DNA of 63,971 nucleotides, the filler included, from Collodictyon triciliatum (lineage: Eukaryota): the NCBI GenBank assembly GCA_043381765.1. It is 10 parts of 10 records of this genome, joined end to end, with 100 filler letters (N's around TTAATTAATTAA, not from the genome) between each part and the next. Parts side by side here need not be neighbours in the genome. Positions count along the whole stretch, not along the records: positions 32,050 to 38,356 come from JBHJMP010004557.1; positions 38,457 to 44,761 come from JBHJMP010004560.1; positions 44,862 to 51,164 come from JBHJMP010004561.1; positions 51,265 to 57,565 come from JBHJMP010004562.1; 6 more parts are not named here. The stretch is one strand, 5' to 3'. Positions 37,783-51,757 of this stretch are shown here, piece by piece. The position numbers were made by a program, and so were the translations under genes. The notes beneath the pieces are model-generated. The model did not search any database. It was not told the DNA's origin and saw only the letters and a list, made by a program, of their open reading frames with translations. Within the stretch, counting starts at the first letter, position 1; each line of letters starts with the position of its first letter.

Positions 37783-38456
37783 GTCAAGCAGGTGTGCGCA
37801 GATGGTACAAACAGCAACCCATTCGGCCGCGTCAATCATGAAAGGGTACTGGCGAACCGATATTTCGATACTTCATGCAAACGTTGTTCTTTTCCACCTC
37901 CCTCTTCTCATCTTTCTATCTTCCTCGCCGTGTCTTATGGCTTGCCAATCATCTAATGATTGTATTATGTCTGATGCCAGCACCGGGTTGGACAGGGCGA
38001 CCATCATCCGCTCCATTCATTCATTCATTCATCGACCAAACACCTGCGATTTGTCAACTCGGACCATTACGCTTTCATCAGAAGCAACCTCGTCTGGCCA
38101 GAAATAAATTTTTCTCCTCTGCTTTTTTTTCTCTCTTTTCTCTCTCCTGCGGCTCAACTGGCATCACCCAACACAATAAAGGGAGACAGAAAAATAGTTG
38201 CGGTGGAAGCGAAATCATTTCTCTTTTTTTTCTTTTTTTTCTTTTTTTTCTTTTTTTTCTTTTTTTTTCTTTTTTTTTCTTTTTTTTCTTTTTTTTTCTT
38301 TTTTTTTCTTTTTTTTTCTTTTTTTTTCTTTTTTTTTCTTTTTTTTTCTTTTTTTTNNNNNNNNNNNNNNNNNNNNNNNNNNNNNNNNNNNNNNNNNNNN
38401 TTAATTAATTAANNNNNNNNNNNNNNNNNNNNNNNNNNNNNNNNNNNNNNNNNNNN

Positions 38457-38535
<79 letters not shown>

Positions 38536-38676
38536 ATAATAATAATAATAATAATTAAAACACTTTCACTCTTTAAAGAAAATTGTTATAAATTATACGG
38601 AGTCAGCCTGATATCGAATTGATTTAATTTTTCGTCCATCTATATCATATCTAATATTTGCTTTATCGTGCTACAG

Positions 38677-39795
38677 GTTATCAAAGTTTTACTTGAGTTC
38701 GAGCCTGTGGTTGTCTTCGCAACATCTGCGCACTCTATCATTCTGACATTTTTAATAAGAGAGCTGAATTTACGCTCTGACAAGAAAGCTAAAGTCATCA
38801 AAAAGCGAAAGCGTTTGGCCAGTCGTGCCAATGTGCAGTCTAACACAAATGTAATCGGCCATCGCACTGCATCCATCCAAAGCGTTTCGTTGCCTCCTAG
38901 CCTGATAACGCACGGGACAAATATGGAGAATCTTGAGCCTGTCACCGAGCCAGAACATCCTGACTCTGCACGCTCCGAGCACAGCCCAGCAGAAAAGGCA
39001 TCAACGACAGAGTTGTGGGAGATGATATACACCACCTTGGACCATTTGGAAATGTATGGGTCTTCGTTTGCCACTGCCCGTGTGCTTCATGCAAAATATT
39101 CTGCCTATGTGACATGGATGAAGGGACGACACGAGAAGGCTCGGAAGAAGTTTATGAGGTAATTCTACAATTGAAGGATGAAGTAAAATTCAACCTGATG
39201 GCCTTGAATCCCCTTAATTCGAATGTGGATTCACCTGTCACCGTAATTTGTGTACATTATCTTGGTATATTCGCTTATTGTTGTCCCTTTTGTCTGCCCA
39301 CCATTCCTCCTCCTCCTCCTTTTTCTTTTTCTTTTTCTTTTTCTTTTTCTTTTTCTTTTTCTTTTTCTTTTTCTTTTTCTTTTTCTTTTTCTTTTTCTTT
39401 TTCTTTTTCTTTTTCTCTTGGCAAACTTATTAGATATTTTGACGTGGCCACAGCTTTGGACTTGAAGTTCGACAGGGCCATTGCGGTATATGAACTTAGT
39501 CGACTGTACACAGACTTTCCAGCCACTCAGCGCGAAAAGTAAGGATGCGATTGAACCTCTAAGAATACGAATCTCACAAAAGAGTCGACGTATTGCACGC
39601 ATACACACATAGAAAAAATACAAATATACATGAAACCGCCAAGTATTACTCACACATGCCATTTTTTCTTTTCTTTTGTTTTGGATTTTATGGCGTATGT
39701 TTGTCAGGGAGCTTCCAAATTACCTTACGCTAGTGGCGCTACTGGGATTGGACAGCATAGTCCCGCATTTCCAAGAACAAACCGTCATATATTGA
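38677..39795 (+). CDS. C-terminal three exons of a helical-repeat (TPR-like) protein resembling the tails of STAND-type cyclases/ATPases, 5' partial
   Basis: AYVTWMKGRHEKARKKFMR|YFDVATALDLKFDRAIAVYELSRL resembles the WxxGxxxxA...AxxLxxxYDxAxAxYELxR pattern recalled from such proteins. The family assignment is inference. Confidence 0.5.
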
Positions 39796-40414
39796 ATAGC
39801 TAGTCTCGACAAATATGTGTTGTACCATAATAAATCTTAATTCGAAAAAGAAAATATGCGTCGTGGTTACTCAGTTGGCGTTTCTATGAGATAAAAAAAA
39901 CACGAAGATATCCGAGAACCTCCAAAACAAAGCCCTTGTAATCAATGTCTTGATTCCAAAACACATACTCGATCGTCATTATGACTTAGTCCCTTGATAT
40001 TAATATACTTTTTTTTTTCTTTTATTTGATTCAAAGTGTAGCGAGGTTATGCCAAATATTAATATACGTAACATAATGAAATGGACATTCATATGGTTCA
40101 TGCTTCAGACGCAAACCCATATCTCTTTTCTGTGAACTATCATTTGTAACATATAATTACATAAGAACTAATCTGGGCGTATACACATGCTTTTAAGTCT
40201 AAAATATTCCCGACGCCTGAACTCCTCTACGAAATTACGAACAGAGTCTATTGGACGCGACTCATTTGCCAGTAACGCTTTCTCTTAAATAATAGTAAAT
40301 GTAGAAATAATAGAGTAAAAGACTAGGCGGTAAGATGGTTTTTTTAGCCCTTCGCAGAGCAGAGTGGATTTACAACGCATAAACTGCAGAATGAGCGCGT
40401 GTGAATTCGTCAGC

Positions 40415-43400
40415 CTATGAAGACTTCTTGGACTCGGACATGGTGAGGCGTCGGGCTTGGCCAATTTCACATGCATTAACCTTAAATCGAATACAAACTC
40501 GTTAATATACAACATCTATTTAGATTATTGAGAATAAAAATTAGATAGATTTACTTTAAAATCGAATAATAGGGGGAAACTATTGGGAAGCTTTATATGC
40601 TCAAAATAATTTGAACAGGTTACGCCACGAAAAAGGTTGCTTATATGGGGATTTTAGAGATTTTAGACCTTTGAGGCAAACCGCAGACTGTTCAAAGTCT
40701 CAGAGACATTATCTGGATGAGGAGACACGTTGACGAACATCAGTGCTTTACTGTTTCCTCCCAGGGCGTTTTGAAGCAGGTAGGTTAGCTTCGAGTTACG
40801 ATAAGGGACATGCTTCTCTTTGTTTCCTATTGAATTCACAAGTGGTATCTAAAATTAACAATAAAATCTAAATATTTACACTATTGCTGCAATTTACACC
40901 CCTGAATATAATTAAAAAAAAAAGAAAGCAAAAACGATAGCAGGGTCAAACGAGTCGCCCATCTATCATCATCAGTAATCATCTACAAACCCAAGGCCAT
41001 AATCACATCGCCGAGGCAACTGAGGCTTTTGTTAATGCTTTGGGTTTCCTTCAGTCTGTCTCCGGTTACTTGAGACTGGGATAATCTTTCGGAGCCGGCT
41101 ATATTTTGTAATTAAAATCGATATGAGACTCATGACTTTGCTGAGACATGCAATGCGAATTGTGCTTATGAAACGCGCCTATCTTTCTCGATTTATGACG
41201 TAAGAATAAAAAGACATGAAACAATAGTGTCCTGACAATAAAATAAAATACCCAAGTCGATCAGATTCAGAACACCGTGGCTAGAATCCTTTGAAACTTG
41301 ATTAAACCCTGTGAGTTTCATCTGGAATATACTATTTATAATGTTTAATAAGACCATGTTATTAAACTGCGCGTACTAAATGTGCAACACAGTAAATACC
41401 TGTGGCTTCTCGATGACCGCTCATTGCACTTTGTGGATGCTACAGAGCGGTTATCCGCAGCTTTCTTGATCAAAATTTGAACATGGTCTGCATGATGGAC
41501 AAAAATAAAATCAAAATTTTTTTAAAAACCAATACAATATCTTTAAAGGTGAACATGCTCAGTCAAGAAAGGGGGAGGATGACAAGTAAAATAAATGAAA
41601 TAAATAGTAATCTTCCAAACCTTCATTTTCAACTTTGATGGTAGTCATGTCCGTAATTATGGTATTACCATTAGCTTCGTGCTATGGAAAGTAAGATGAA
41701 ATGACCTTAATTCCATGTGCGTGCTCTTTTGAGTATACTATAAAGTCTACCCCAAATTACAAAAAGTATACCTTGATATCATAGTTTTTCTCTACACTTG
41801 AAGTGGCTAATAAATCTCGGAGTTGTTCGTTGTAAATCTGGAAAAAAAAAGTACATACCGATTGATTGTCTCATAATTGGTAAACAAAATGTATTTACCA
41901 ATCTCATCAGGTTGCAATCAGAAAAAAAAAACGGCGTTAGATTCAACAAATCCATAGCAACTTACCTCCATCATAGATATCTCGATGTTAAACTCCCAAC
42001 TATGCTGTCTCATTTCTTGCATCTTTGAAAATATCAGAGAAACAGAGCGCGGTATCTATTCATCATTACGTGAGAAAAAAAACTTCAAAAACTCGATTTT
42101 TCATGATGCATATATGTGTGTACTAATATTCATTTTTTAGCCCTAAGCAGTCGGTGGCTTTGACCTTACCATCCCTTTGTTCTCAGCAGAGGCAATTGGC
42201 GAGTTGTTGCCACCATCCATCGTGTAAGTCTTACCAGAACCTGTTTGTCCATAGCTGATTCGGTATGAAACCATCAGTCAAGACATAATATACATGCTAA
42301 TAGATCTCAACTTTGGTGGTCGGTTCACTACTCAAACAGGGTTCGAAGTGGGGGAAACAAATACACAGAAGAGAAATATTGCTGAAGGATACGCAAATAT
42401 GCACACTCGGTATCCGTCAATAGCACTTTGAACAAGCTGTGATATCTCTTCAAAAACCTCTTGCTGTGAAGTTTCCCCCGGAAAAACCTTCGTGTTGGAT
42501 TCATAATTTAGTATTCTCTGGCTCATGCCAAAAATATATATATCGCAACAAGCATTCTTCAAACGTGATGAAAATACAGTGCCAGAAAATTGAAATCGTT
42601 ACAGGACTAAGATATGAAGCATATTCATAAATATGCTAAATTTATTGAAACCTTGTCAAAAGAAAATTGTTGACTCTTCAGAGTCAAGGGTTTTCCTGGG
42701 ACAACGGAAGCCTATCCGACACAAATATATCTATTAAGCTCTATCTTTTCCACGAGATATATGAGGTAATTATATATATGTTTGAAGTGAATATTTTCTA
42801 ATCGCTGTAACCTGAGTAGTTTCTACTTCGACAACGCGAGAATCTGTAAACTCTGGGAAGCGATATGGAATGGTTATTCGCTCGCTCTCATCTCCTGAAA
42901 GTGGACGAAATCGGCAGAAAACCCTTATATTTCCTTTCAGTTCCTAATTATAAACAACCGGTCGTGTTATTTGACTATATTATCCAATCCAATTACGCGA
43001 TATAGTTTGTTTTTTTTATCTGCCAAAGTGCCTTTATCGCAAAAACACATACTAGTATAAAGAGGCATTCTAACTTGCTTGATTGAAGGTCTCATTTAGA
43101 TTACATATAATACATCATGAACTTATAAAAAAAAAAAGATAAAAGATTCTGAGAACCTGAACAGTGTTGTGAAGCTTCCTTCGCAAAGCCTCTTCAGCCC
43201 GTCCTTTCTCTTCAAGGTAAGAGATTTGTTCTTTCATTTTTCCATTCTATTACATTGATTTGTAAGATGATTTCCCAGATGGCTATGGCTCTTTTCAACA
43301 GCGTGGATTACAATCATGCCAGAGAATAAGAGACAAAGGAAATACCTCAATAGTGAGATTTGTCACTTTGACACACTCTTGGTTCAAGGCGCCAGTCAAA

Positions 43401-44732
43401 ACCTTTTTTTGTGGGATTGTGACGTATGAAACTTCGGCGTTAACCTTACAAGGTAAAATAGCAACGTGCATACACTCATTAAAGAAAAATATTTTCCTTC
43501 GTTCAAATTCAATTTCAAATATTTATAACATAATTAATTTGTAAAGCGACCTCATTCTTGTCCTGCAAAATATTGCTTGCTAATTGGATAGTCTCGCATC
43601 TGACTCGCTCTTCATTCAAATGTTCCTATGGAACGAGATGGAGATGAGATTTTTTACATGGTTCCTACTGGCGGTAAATGATAATAGTAAAAAATGAAGA
43701 AATAAAGAACGTGTAGTTGTACCCGCTGACTGACATTTTCCATAAAATCTCAAAAAAAAAAACCTTTACGTTTATATTCACTTGTCGGTTTATATCAGAA
43801 TGGGAACCTTGATTATTGATAGATCTTCTTCCAAGGCGCTGATTTTCATGGAAGTCAAATAGCTTCCTTCTTTCTCCTTTGAAAGGGCCTTTTGTAATTC
43901 TTCCATTTGATAGGCATGCGATTCTTTAGAAAGCTGCGGCAAAATGATAAAGCTTAAGTAAGACAATGACATTTGGGATTTTTACGAACCGAAAGGAAGG
44001 GAGAAAAACAGCGACGCTTTTGTGGCCGGGCAAAGCGAAACAGGGCGAATTAAGGTCATTTTTCATTGATATTATGAGGTTGAAATTACCTGCAACTCTG
44101 CGATAACGAGCCATGAAATAAAAGGCCATTCCGTAATGTCACATATGGATATGATAATATTTTAATCATACAGAAAAAAAGGTTTATTAGAGATGACAAG
44201 CAACAATGTTTGCGCGTGAAGAAATAAATCGCCATGCAATTACAGATTTAATTTGGAGTCAGTTTGTAACCTGCTCGAAGGGTTTCGATTGGAAGGGAAT
44301 CAGTCTTTGTATCGGCAGACAGATACGCAATCAATCGAAGGCGCAACTTTTCTGCATACATTTCCAATTCACCATAGCGACCCTTGTTCATAAAAAAAAA
44401 TGAAATGTGAACAAACATATTTTGTGCTCTGCTGTGGGATACAACACCGCAGATATTAATGAACGTTTGAGTACTTTGATACGAGAGGTTTGTTATATTC
44501 GATATATATTTGATTCATTTTTAGAACATTACACAAATATATTAGATAAATTTCGTATTCGCATTGTGTCAATTTTTCTGTGCGCGAGAATGCATATTCC
44601 TTTTCAGACTTGTAACCTTGTAATCGAACTTTGACTTCGATGATAAGAACGGAGGAACCAATGCAGCAAAAGGGTCTTTCATCGCAGAAGATGTTTGATT
44701 GGCCGATGTCTTTGATATCGGTTTGGTGAATC
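40415..44732 (-). CDS. Kinesin-14 (KIFC1/Kar3/Ncd-type, C-terminal motor); about 19 exons, 5' partial
   Basis: [24 protein letters not shown] neck; [103 protein letters not shown]. Confidence 0.97.
42255..42392 (-). other. U12-type (minor spliceosome) GT-AG intron
   Basis: Donor GTATCCTTC; branch-like TGTCTTGAC about 23 nt before the CAG acceptor; phase 2; boundaries fixed by the conserved IFA|YGQTG. Confidence 0.75.
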
Positions 44733-45008
44733 CTGGTGTGGAGAAATAAAAGTATGAATTGNNNNNNNNNNNNNNNNNNNNNNNNNNNNNNNNNNNNNNN
44801 NNNNNTTAATTAATTAANNNNNNNNNNNNNNNNNNNNNNNNNNNNNNNNNNNNNNNNNNNNTTTTTTTGTTTTTTTTGTTTTTTTTTTTTTTTTTTGTTT
44901 TGTCCATTGTCCAAGGCAAGTAAAATACAAGAGAAATTTCTTATGGAGATACTTTGGTGTAACACAGCCATTGACCCTTTAATTTATCATCGTGTTTAAT
45001 GGCAGCAT

Positions 45009-46686
45009 CTAGAAAGATACCACTACATGATTGGTATCTTGTGAAACGGCATAGAATCTGTCATTGAAATCAAATGCTGCACCGACTGGTCTCGTGATAT
45101 GAAACGTGCAGAGGACAGTCCCAGCCATGTCATAGAAACTGATGTTGCCGTGGCTCCAGTCAGAGATTCCAAACGACCCGTTTGGGCCGCGGAGTAGAAA
45201 GCTAGAGCCAGTCTTTTGTATGGGAATCTTGGTTTCGAATTCACCATCTTTAGAAAAAACAAACAAACTCGTTGCCTCACTTTCTGGGACAACTAGAACT
45301 TTGTTGTCATCACTCACCACAATAGCATAAGGGGCACGGAGAACAGAATCATCCTGGACCTGAAAAGACAAAAGAAACTTTCCATCTCTGGAGACTTTTT
45401 TGATTTTCTTGTTACGTCTATCCGCAACAAAAAAGTTGTCATCAAAATCAGTTGTAACAAACCACGGTTCAGAGAATTGCTCATCTCCCACCCCGCAAGA
45501 CCCGACTGTTTTGATGAGCGAATAGGTGGTCGCATCCAATAAGATAAGGTGGCCCAGTTCCTGGTCAAGGATGACAAGCGTGAGTCCGTCGTTAGTGACT
45601 GCAACTGATATGGGTTTTTTCAAGACCTCTGGGCCGAGATCCGAAACCCCGATTGACCGGACATACTCTAGTGCCGGATCCAACACAACGACAGCAGCAT
45701 TACAGCAGTCAGCGATGTACATGAGCCCGTTGGCAGGATTGATTATCAAGCCGTTTGGGTAACTAAACTTTTTTGCGGGGTCTCCCGTTGTTTTGGCCAG
45801 TGGGGTAAAATCTTTAAATGCGTCTAGATCGCGGGTGATGGGGTAAAATCCAGATGAAACAAGCCGCTCGTTTGATGTCTCCTGTCCCAAAGCTAGAGAT
45901 AATGGGAGCGAATGGAGGATGATTCTTGGGGGTATGCAATAAGCTAGAGATAGGATAGAGTGGAACGTTTGGATGGAAACGAGGGTTTGGTGATGAACGA
46001 CTGCAGATACTAAGAGGGTTGCAAGAGACTCTGAACCAGACGAAAATTCATCCCGTGTGGGGCCTTGCTTGGACTTGATGAATCCTAATGACCCTTGGAG
46101 ACGAACAGAAGCGATGCGAACAAGAGACTCTTGCGCGGATATCTTTTTCAGAGTTTGGGCACGAACTAGCTGGCTCTGTTCGATTATGAAGCGCATGTCA
46201 GAAAAACCAGTACGTGATATAATACAAGAAAGGAAGAAGGAAAAAAAAAAGAAGGAAAAAGGAGAGTACATCTACAAGGTGGCCCCTTTAAAGTGAATGT
46301 GTATGCGACAGAGGATGGAAGTGAAGCTATGTACCTGAGACATGGCCTGCTGGAAGTGGTTTTCAATCGTACTTGTGTATCCCGCCAGCGCGCTCGCGAT
46401 CTTGGAATCCGCCTCTTCAGATGTTTCCTCAACCTGAGGGAAAATAAGCGAGAACTCAGAGTGATCGGGTGTGAAGAACAGAAAGACCACCAAGAGAAAA
46501 GACCCAGAGTCCGTGGCGCAGCAGAGTTGAAGCCGGCGGATAAAAAAGAATATGGATAGATAGACATGCATGTTATGAAATAAAACTATATTCAATAGCT
46601 ACCTTGTTCATAACACTGTCGTGGGCTTCGGCCAGTCCACGGATCAGTTGTTGTAACTCGTGCGCTTTTTCACGCCACCCGGCCAT
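45009..46686 (-). CDS. Coiled-coil plus NHL-repeat beta-propeller protein; 3 exons
   Basis: MAGWREK...MNK|VEETSEE...AMSQ|SQLVRAQ...; NHL motifs FSYPNGLII...YIADCCN, LKKPISVAV, GSCGVGDEQFSEPWFVTTD...FVADRRNKKI. Confidence 0.85.
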
Positions 46687-47008
46687 TCTTTGGGCTACTT
46701 TGGTTCCTCCGCGGAGGTTTTTCGCTTGTCCTGCACCAAAAGCAAAGAGACATAAACGAGTGGCGCAATGAAAGCGCTCTTCGAATCGGCCCAGCAGGAC
46801 TCAAGATGACCGTCTCTGTTCTCGGCTTGCAATCACTCTGATTCTTGCATCTGTATATAAGGCAAGGAGCGAGTCAAGAAATGACAGACTCTTTAACAGA
46901 AAGAAAAATGTCAAAAAAATGTCAAAAAAAGGTGTGTGCCTTTCTTTGTGCGTCCATTAGTGTGTGACGTTTATTGGTTTGGGTACGCGTGGTCGGACTT
47001 TGCCACAA

Positions 47009-50000
47009 TCACAGAAGGTTGTAGCGCTCCAGGAAGGGAACAGGGTCGGTCCGTGCCGTGAGGACTTCGCATCCGGTCTCTGTGACAAGAAGCGTGTGCT
47101 CAAATTGCGCGCTTCGTCTCCCGTCCTGGGTCACTGCAGTCCAGTCATCCGGCCAGCGCAGGTCATGCCACGAGCCTGAGTCCAAGCAGAGATGTGGAAA
47201 GAGTTTAAGCGGCTGGGGGTTATCTATGACTTCCTCAGGGCACGTGTGTGTGTGGTGAGGCGAGTTTGATGCGTGGACTGCTTACCGGCATTAATCATAG
47301 GCTCAATCGTGAATATGTGACCCGGCTTCATCGTGCCGACTGCCTTGTTGTCTATGATGGATGTGAAAGATATGAGGCCTTGGGTTTCAAAGTCTCGAAA
47401 TAGGGCGATGTGCGTTGTTTATCTTGTGCTGATGGCAGAAAGGGTTTGCGTTGTTTAAAATAGTTGGGCGAATGAAATCATTTGCATATCACTCATAAAA
47501 TTGAGAGGAAAAAGTACGAGTCCCAGGATTATTCTTTTTTTTTTAAAAAAAAAAAAAAAACTAATCGGAACTGAAAAGGGTGTTATATGGTAAGGGGGAG
47601 AAAGAAAAGGACTGCACACAGCCACGAACTTGCATAATGAGGTACATTTGGAGCTGTATGGAAGAGCCTGGGGTGTTTATGCTTCAAGTCAAAACTTTGT
47701 TATTGTAATTTTCAAATAAACGAAAATGAGCAATATACTTTGCATGTAATGCTGAAAGGGTTCAAGATTAAGAATATTCAGAAAATTAAGGAATGACACG
47801 TCACAATAAACGTTTATTTTATTTACAAAAAAGAAATGTAGCAGGGCTTTGAAGTTGAGTTGCAGAGGAAGAAAAAAAACATGTCAGGCGATGTATCTCC
47901 TACGCACCTTCCTATCCCGTGTCCACAGTATGTTCTGACCACACTGCATTTGTTTTTTGTGGCGTGTCGGTTGATGATGTTTCCGATTTCACGATACATG
48001 ACCCCAGGCCGCACTTATTTTTATAAATATAAATAAAATAAATGGCAATAAAAAGATGAACAGCAATTCTGAAGGGGGCGTTATGTGAACTATTTGCGAG
48101 GACCTAATAGGTACATTACAAACTGAAAATACATCATATGAAATTGAAACAAACCAGCTTTGATAGCCTCATCAAGACACTCGTACGTGGTCCGGATCAG
48201 GGTTCGGGAGTCTTGGTCAATGGTACCAACAGGAAATGTCTCATTGAGGTCGCCATGATACCCTTTGTAGTAAACACTGATGTCGAGATTCACAATGTCC
48301 CCGTCATCCAACGGAAGATCGTCAGGAATGCCGTGGCATATAACCTCATTGCGTGACCTGGTGGCGCAGATTGACGGGGAAAAGCAGTGAGAATATGTTC
48401 CTCTCGCAGCCATCACTCAGATGAGTGTTACATGAAGTGGGATGCATGCATTATGAAACAAGCAAACAATCAAACAAAATATAAGGGCATAGCAGTCTTC
48501 TTATTTTATTTTTTGTTATCGCTATTGTTATTGATATTGATATTGATTTGATATTTGTATAAATATTTAGTAAATGAATACAGAACAATGAAATGTGGTA
48601 AAGGAGTCTCGCACTTACACACAACAGGACTTTGGGAAGCGATGATAATTCAACGGAGAAGGGTAACACCCGCGCTCAATGCACGCTTCGTGGACGGCAC
48701 GATCAATATCTTCTCCGGTTACACCGACCCTGACCATCGAGGCTGCAATATCCAAGACCTCTCGACCAAACTATATGCATTTGAGACATAGGATGATTGC
48801 CAAAGAGAACGAGAGAAATAGGAGTCAATAGAGTATGTAAATGACTAAAGAAGAATGCTAATGCAGTGAAGATAACAGAAAATGAAAAGCGTGCTGCACA
48901 AAGACCATATAAAAAAATCGAAAAGAATTTGAGGATGTTTGACGGACGACACTGACCTTGCATGCTTTCCGCATCATTTCAATCTCTGCTGGCGGCTTGC
49001 TCTCAATCACATGGGCCCTTCGTGCCTTGTCTTCCATTTCAGACTTTGGTATCGCTGCGACGTTGCTCGCTCAGATATTTTGTTTGTTGTCTTTTGTTGT
49101 CTTTTGTTGTCTTTTGTTGTCTTTTGTTGTCTTTTGTTGTCTTTTGTTGTCTTTTGTTGTCTTTTGTTGTCTTTTGTTGTCTTTTGTGAGTAATAAGATT
49201 GAAGATTTGGACAAAGTGGAGGACTCAAAGATGTAGACGTACAATCCAGAGCGTAGTCCGGCTTCTCAATGTGCTCCGGAACAGTTCGCATGGGCGTCAC
49301 GCGACCGGGACGCAGCTTGCCAGAAAAGCGGTATCCGGCAAAGCGGGGGTCGACGGCTGCTTCGGCTGGGCGGCTGGCGGCTTTGTGATAGAATTGATGA
49401 ATCTCAAGCCCGGTGGGAGGATGCGAGGGACTTGTGAGGCGGCAGAGAAAAGGGGCGGATGTCTGTGGACTTACCAGCTGTGGCAGCATCCGAGACAAGC
49501 TTGTGGATGTTTTTGTGGACGGTCCATTCCAGCTTGAAGCACTCCTGTTTCGTGCAGAAGAGAAAGGGAGTGAGGAAGAGAAGAAAAAGAAAGAGAAAAA
49601 GAAAAGGCACGGCTGTTTATTTCGGCACGATTGGCCCATCGGTGATTGCTGGGAAATGGTGCCTTGATACCGGCCATGGAAAAAGAAAAGAAATATTGGT
49701 GTTGAAAAGGAAAAGGAAAAGGAAAAGGAAAAGGAAAAGGAAAAGGAAAAGGAAGAGAAAGTTTTTTTTTCAAAAATATGTATGTGTATATAAAGGAGGC
49801 TGGATGAGTAGCTCTACGCCATCTATGCATCCATCTCATATGGTCCTTCTGAATGGTCAGAACCAAGAGATTCTCCTCTGAGCAAGAACATCGCTTTTAA
49901 ACGCAGCCGAGTTCATCCGAATTCAACCGTGGCCAAAGAACAAAAAGAGACGAGAAGCACTCATCCTCCATTGCAATTTGACATTTCCAGACGCGGCTGC

Positions 50001-50442
50001 ATAAAAACACGCTTTTGAAGACAATGAGACGAAAAGGGCGTGTGGACAGCATGTAAAACACAGACAGAGGACGGCAATACACGTATTTCTATTCGGCAGG
50101 ATGCCCACATCATAGAGTGCATGCATCCCAACAGGCTTGGCTGCAGAAGGGCCGAGCTGTTGCTTTGGAGAGCAAGCGAATGAGGCGAAGCCACGCCTGC
50201 TTGGGGATGCCTAAAGGGGCCCGACGAAAGCGGCATGGTTGCGAGGAAACTCTGCACTACGTGCGACTCCAAAGACACGGGCGGCCGTCTTGGCTTCTGC
50301 CACGTGTGCGGGCGTGAAAGTGGGAGAAACGCACCTGCGAGCAAAAGAACGAGTCGGGCAGGGAAAGCTTCAGGCAGGTCGGGCACTTCATGGTTGCCGG
50401 GCGGCCGCAGCCGGGGCGGATGCATGGCTTCGAGTCGGACAT
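47009..50442 (-). CDS. METAP1: Methionine aminopeptidase 1 with N-terminal zinc finger; 10 exons, complete
   Basis: [104 protein letters not shown]. Confidence 0.98.
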
Positions 50443-51757
50443 GGCTTTGCGGCTGGAGTCTGTGCGTTTCTTGTCTGTTCTTTATATATGTGAGTGTGAA
50501 TCAGAACTGTGAGAGAGGGAGAGAAGGAGAGAGAGAAAGAGCGAGTGAGAGCGTGCAAGAGAATATATGTATGGCGCAAGGTCTTGGTTCTTTTTGTTTG
50601 GTATGTTGGTTTGCTTCCTTTTTTTTTTCTTTTCTCCTTTATCGACTGCGGCTTGGGTTGCTTGTGTCTCGGCTCGTGGCGGGAGAGTGCGCACAGAAAT
50701 TGTTTCCATGATTCCTTCTGCTCCACTTGACACTCTGGTTTGTATTCGAGTGCGCCTGCTTTGTGACTTGTTTGTCTCGTGTGGTTTCGGCGCGTGTTGC
50801 TGTGATGATGCGCGTGTGTGATGGTTTGTGCAAGGTGCACGTGTCTGTGATTAGCAAGGAATGTGGGCTGCTTTGATCTGGATTGACGAAATCTACGTTG
50901 ATGGATATACTCAAGTTACATAATAATATTATGTATTACAATATTGAGTATTTAGAACAATATTTTTGTATAATTATGCACATATATGGATATTCATTAT
51001 ATATTCCGCATTTTGATATAGCTGGTTCCCCTTCGGGTGTCTCTTGGATCTGGATTTCTGCGCCACACTTTGGTTTTGCTCAAGCAGAAAAATTAGAAAA
51101 GCAGTCGTGCTGCAAGCACCGACAGAGTTGTAAAACAAAAAAAAAAACAAAACAAAACAAAACANNNNNNNNNNNNNNNNNNNNNNNNNNNNNNNNNNNN
51201 NNNNNNNNTTAATTAATTAANNNNNNNNNNNNNNNNNNNNNNNNNNNNNNNNNNNNNNNNNNNNCTTTCTTATTTTCTTTCTTATTTTCTTTCTTATTTT
51301 CTTTCTTATTTTCTTTCTTATTTTCTTTCTTATTTTCTTTCTTATTTTCTTTCTTATTTTCTTATTTTCTTTCTTATTTTCTTTCTTATTTTCTTTCTTA
51401 TTTTCTTTCTTATTTTCTTTCTTATTTTCTTTTTTATTTTCTTATTTTCTTTCGTTTCTTTCGTTTCTTCGTTTCTTCGTGTCTTCGTTTTTCGTTTCCT
51501 CGTTTTTCATTATACTGAACATAGCAAAACGTTATAACTCAACTACTATTCATCACACGTCGATGCGTACCCTTGAACGCCCTCTATGAAAAACAGTAAG
51601 TAGCCGACTCTCTCTCTTTCACAGCAACGTCTTCACCCAGTCATCTCTACCTTCCTAGCAACGCTGCCTCAAAAGCAGACCCTACAGTGAATCTAAACCT
51701 GCAACACTAACTTCCACCCTCTTTTACTACTTTTTTTTCCTAAACCCCCGACCCAAG

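Noticed and set aside
44120..44145. Possible AT-AC intron acceptor (CATTAC|GGAATG) in kinesin-14
   Set aside because: There is no ATATCCT donor upstream, and GT-AG introns flanking an 8-nt microexon explain the frame.
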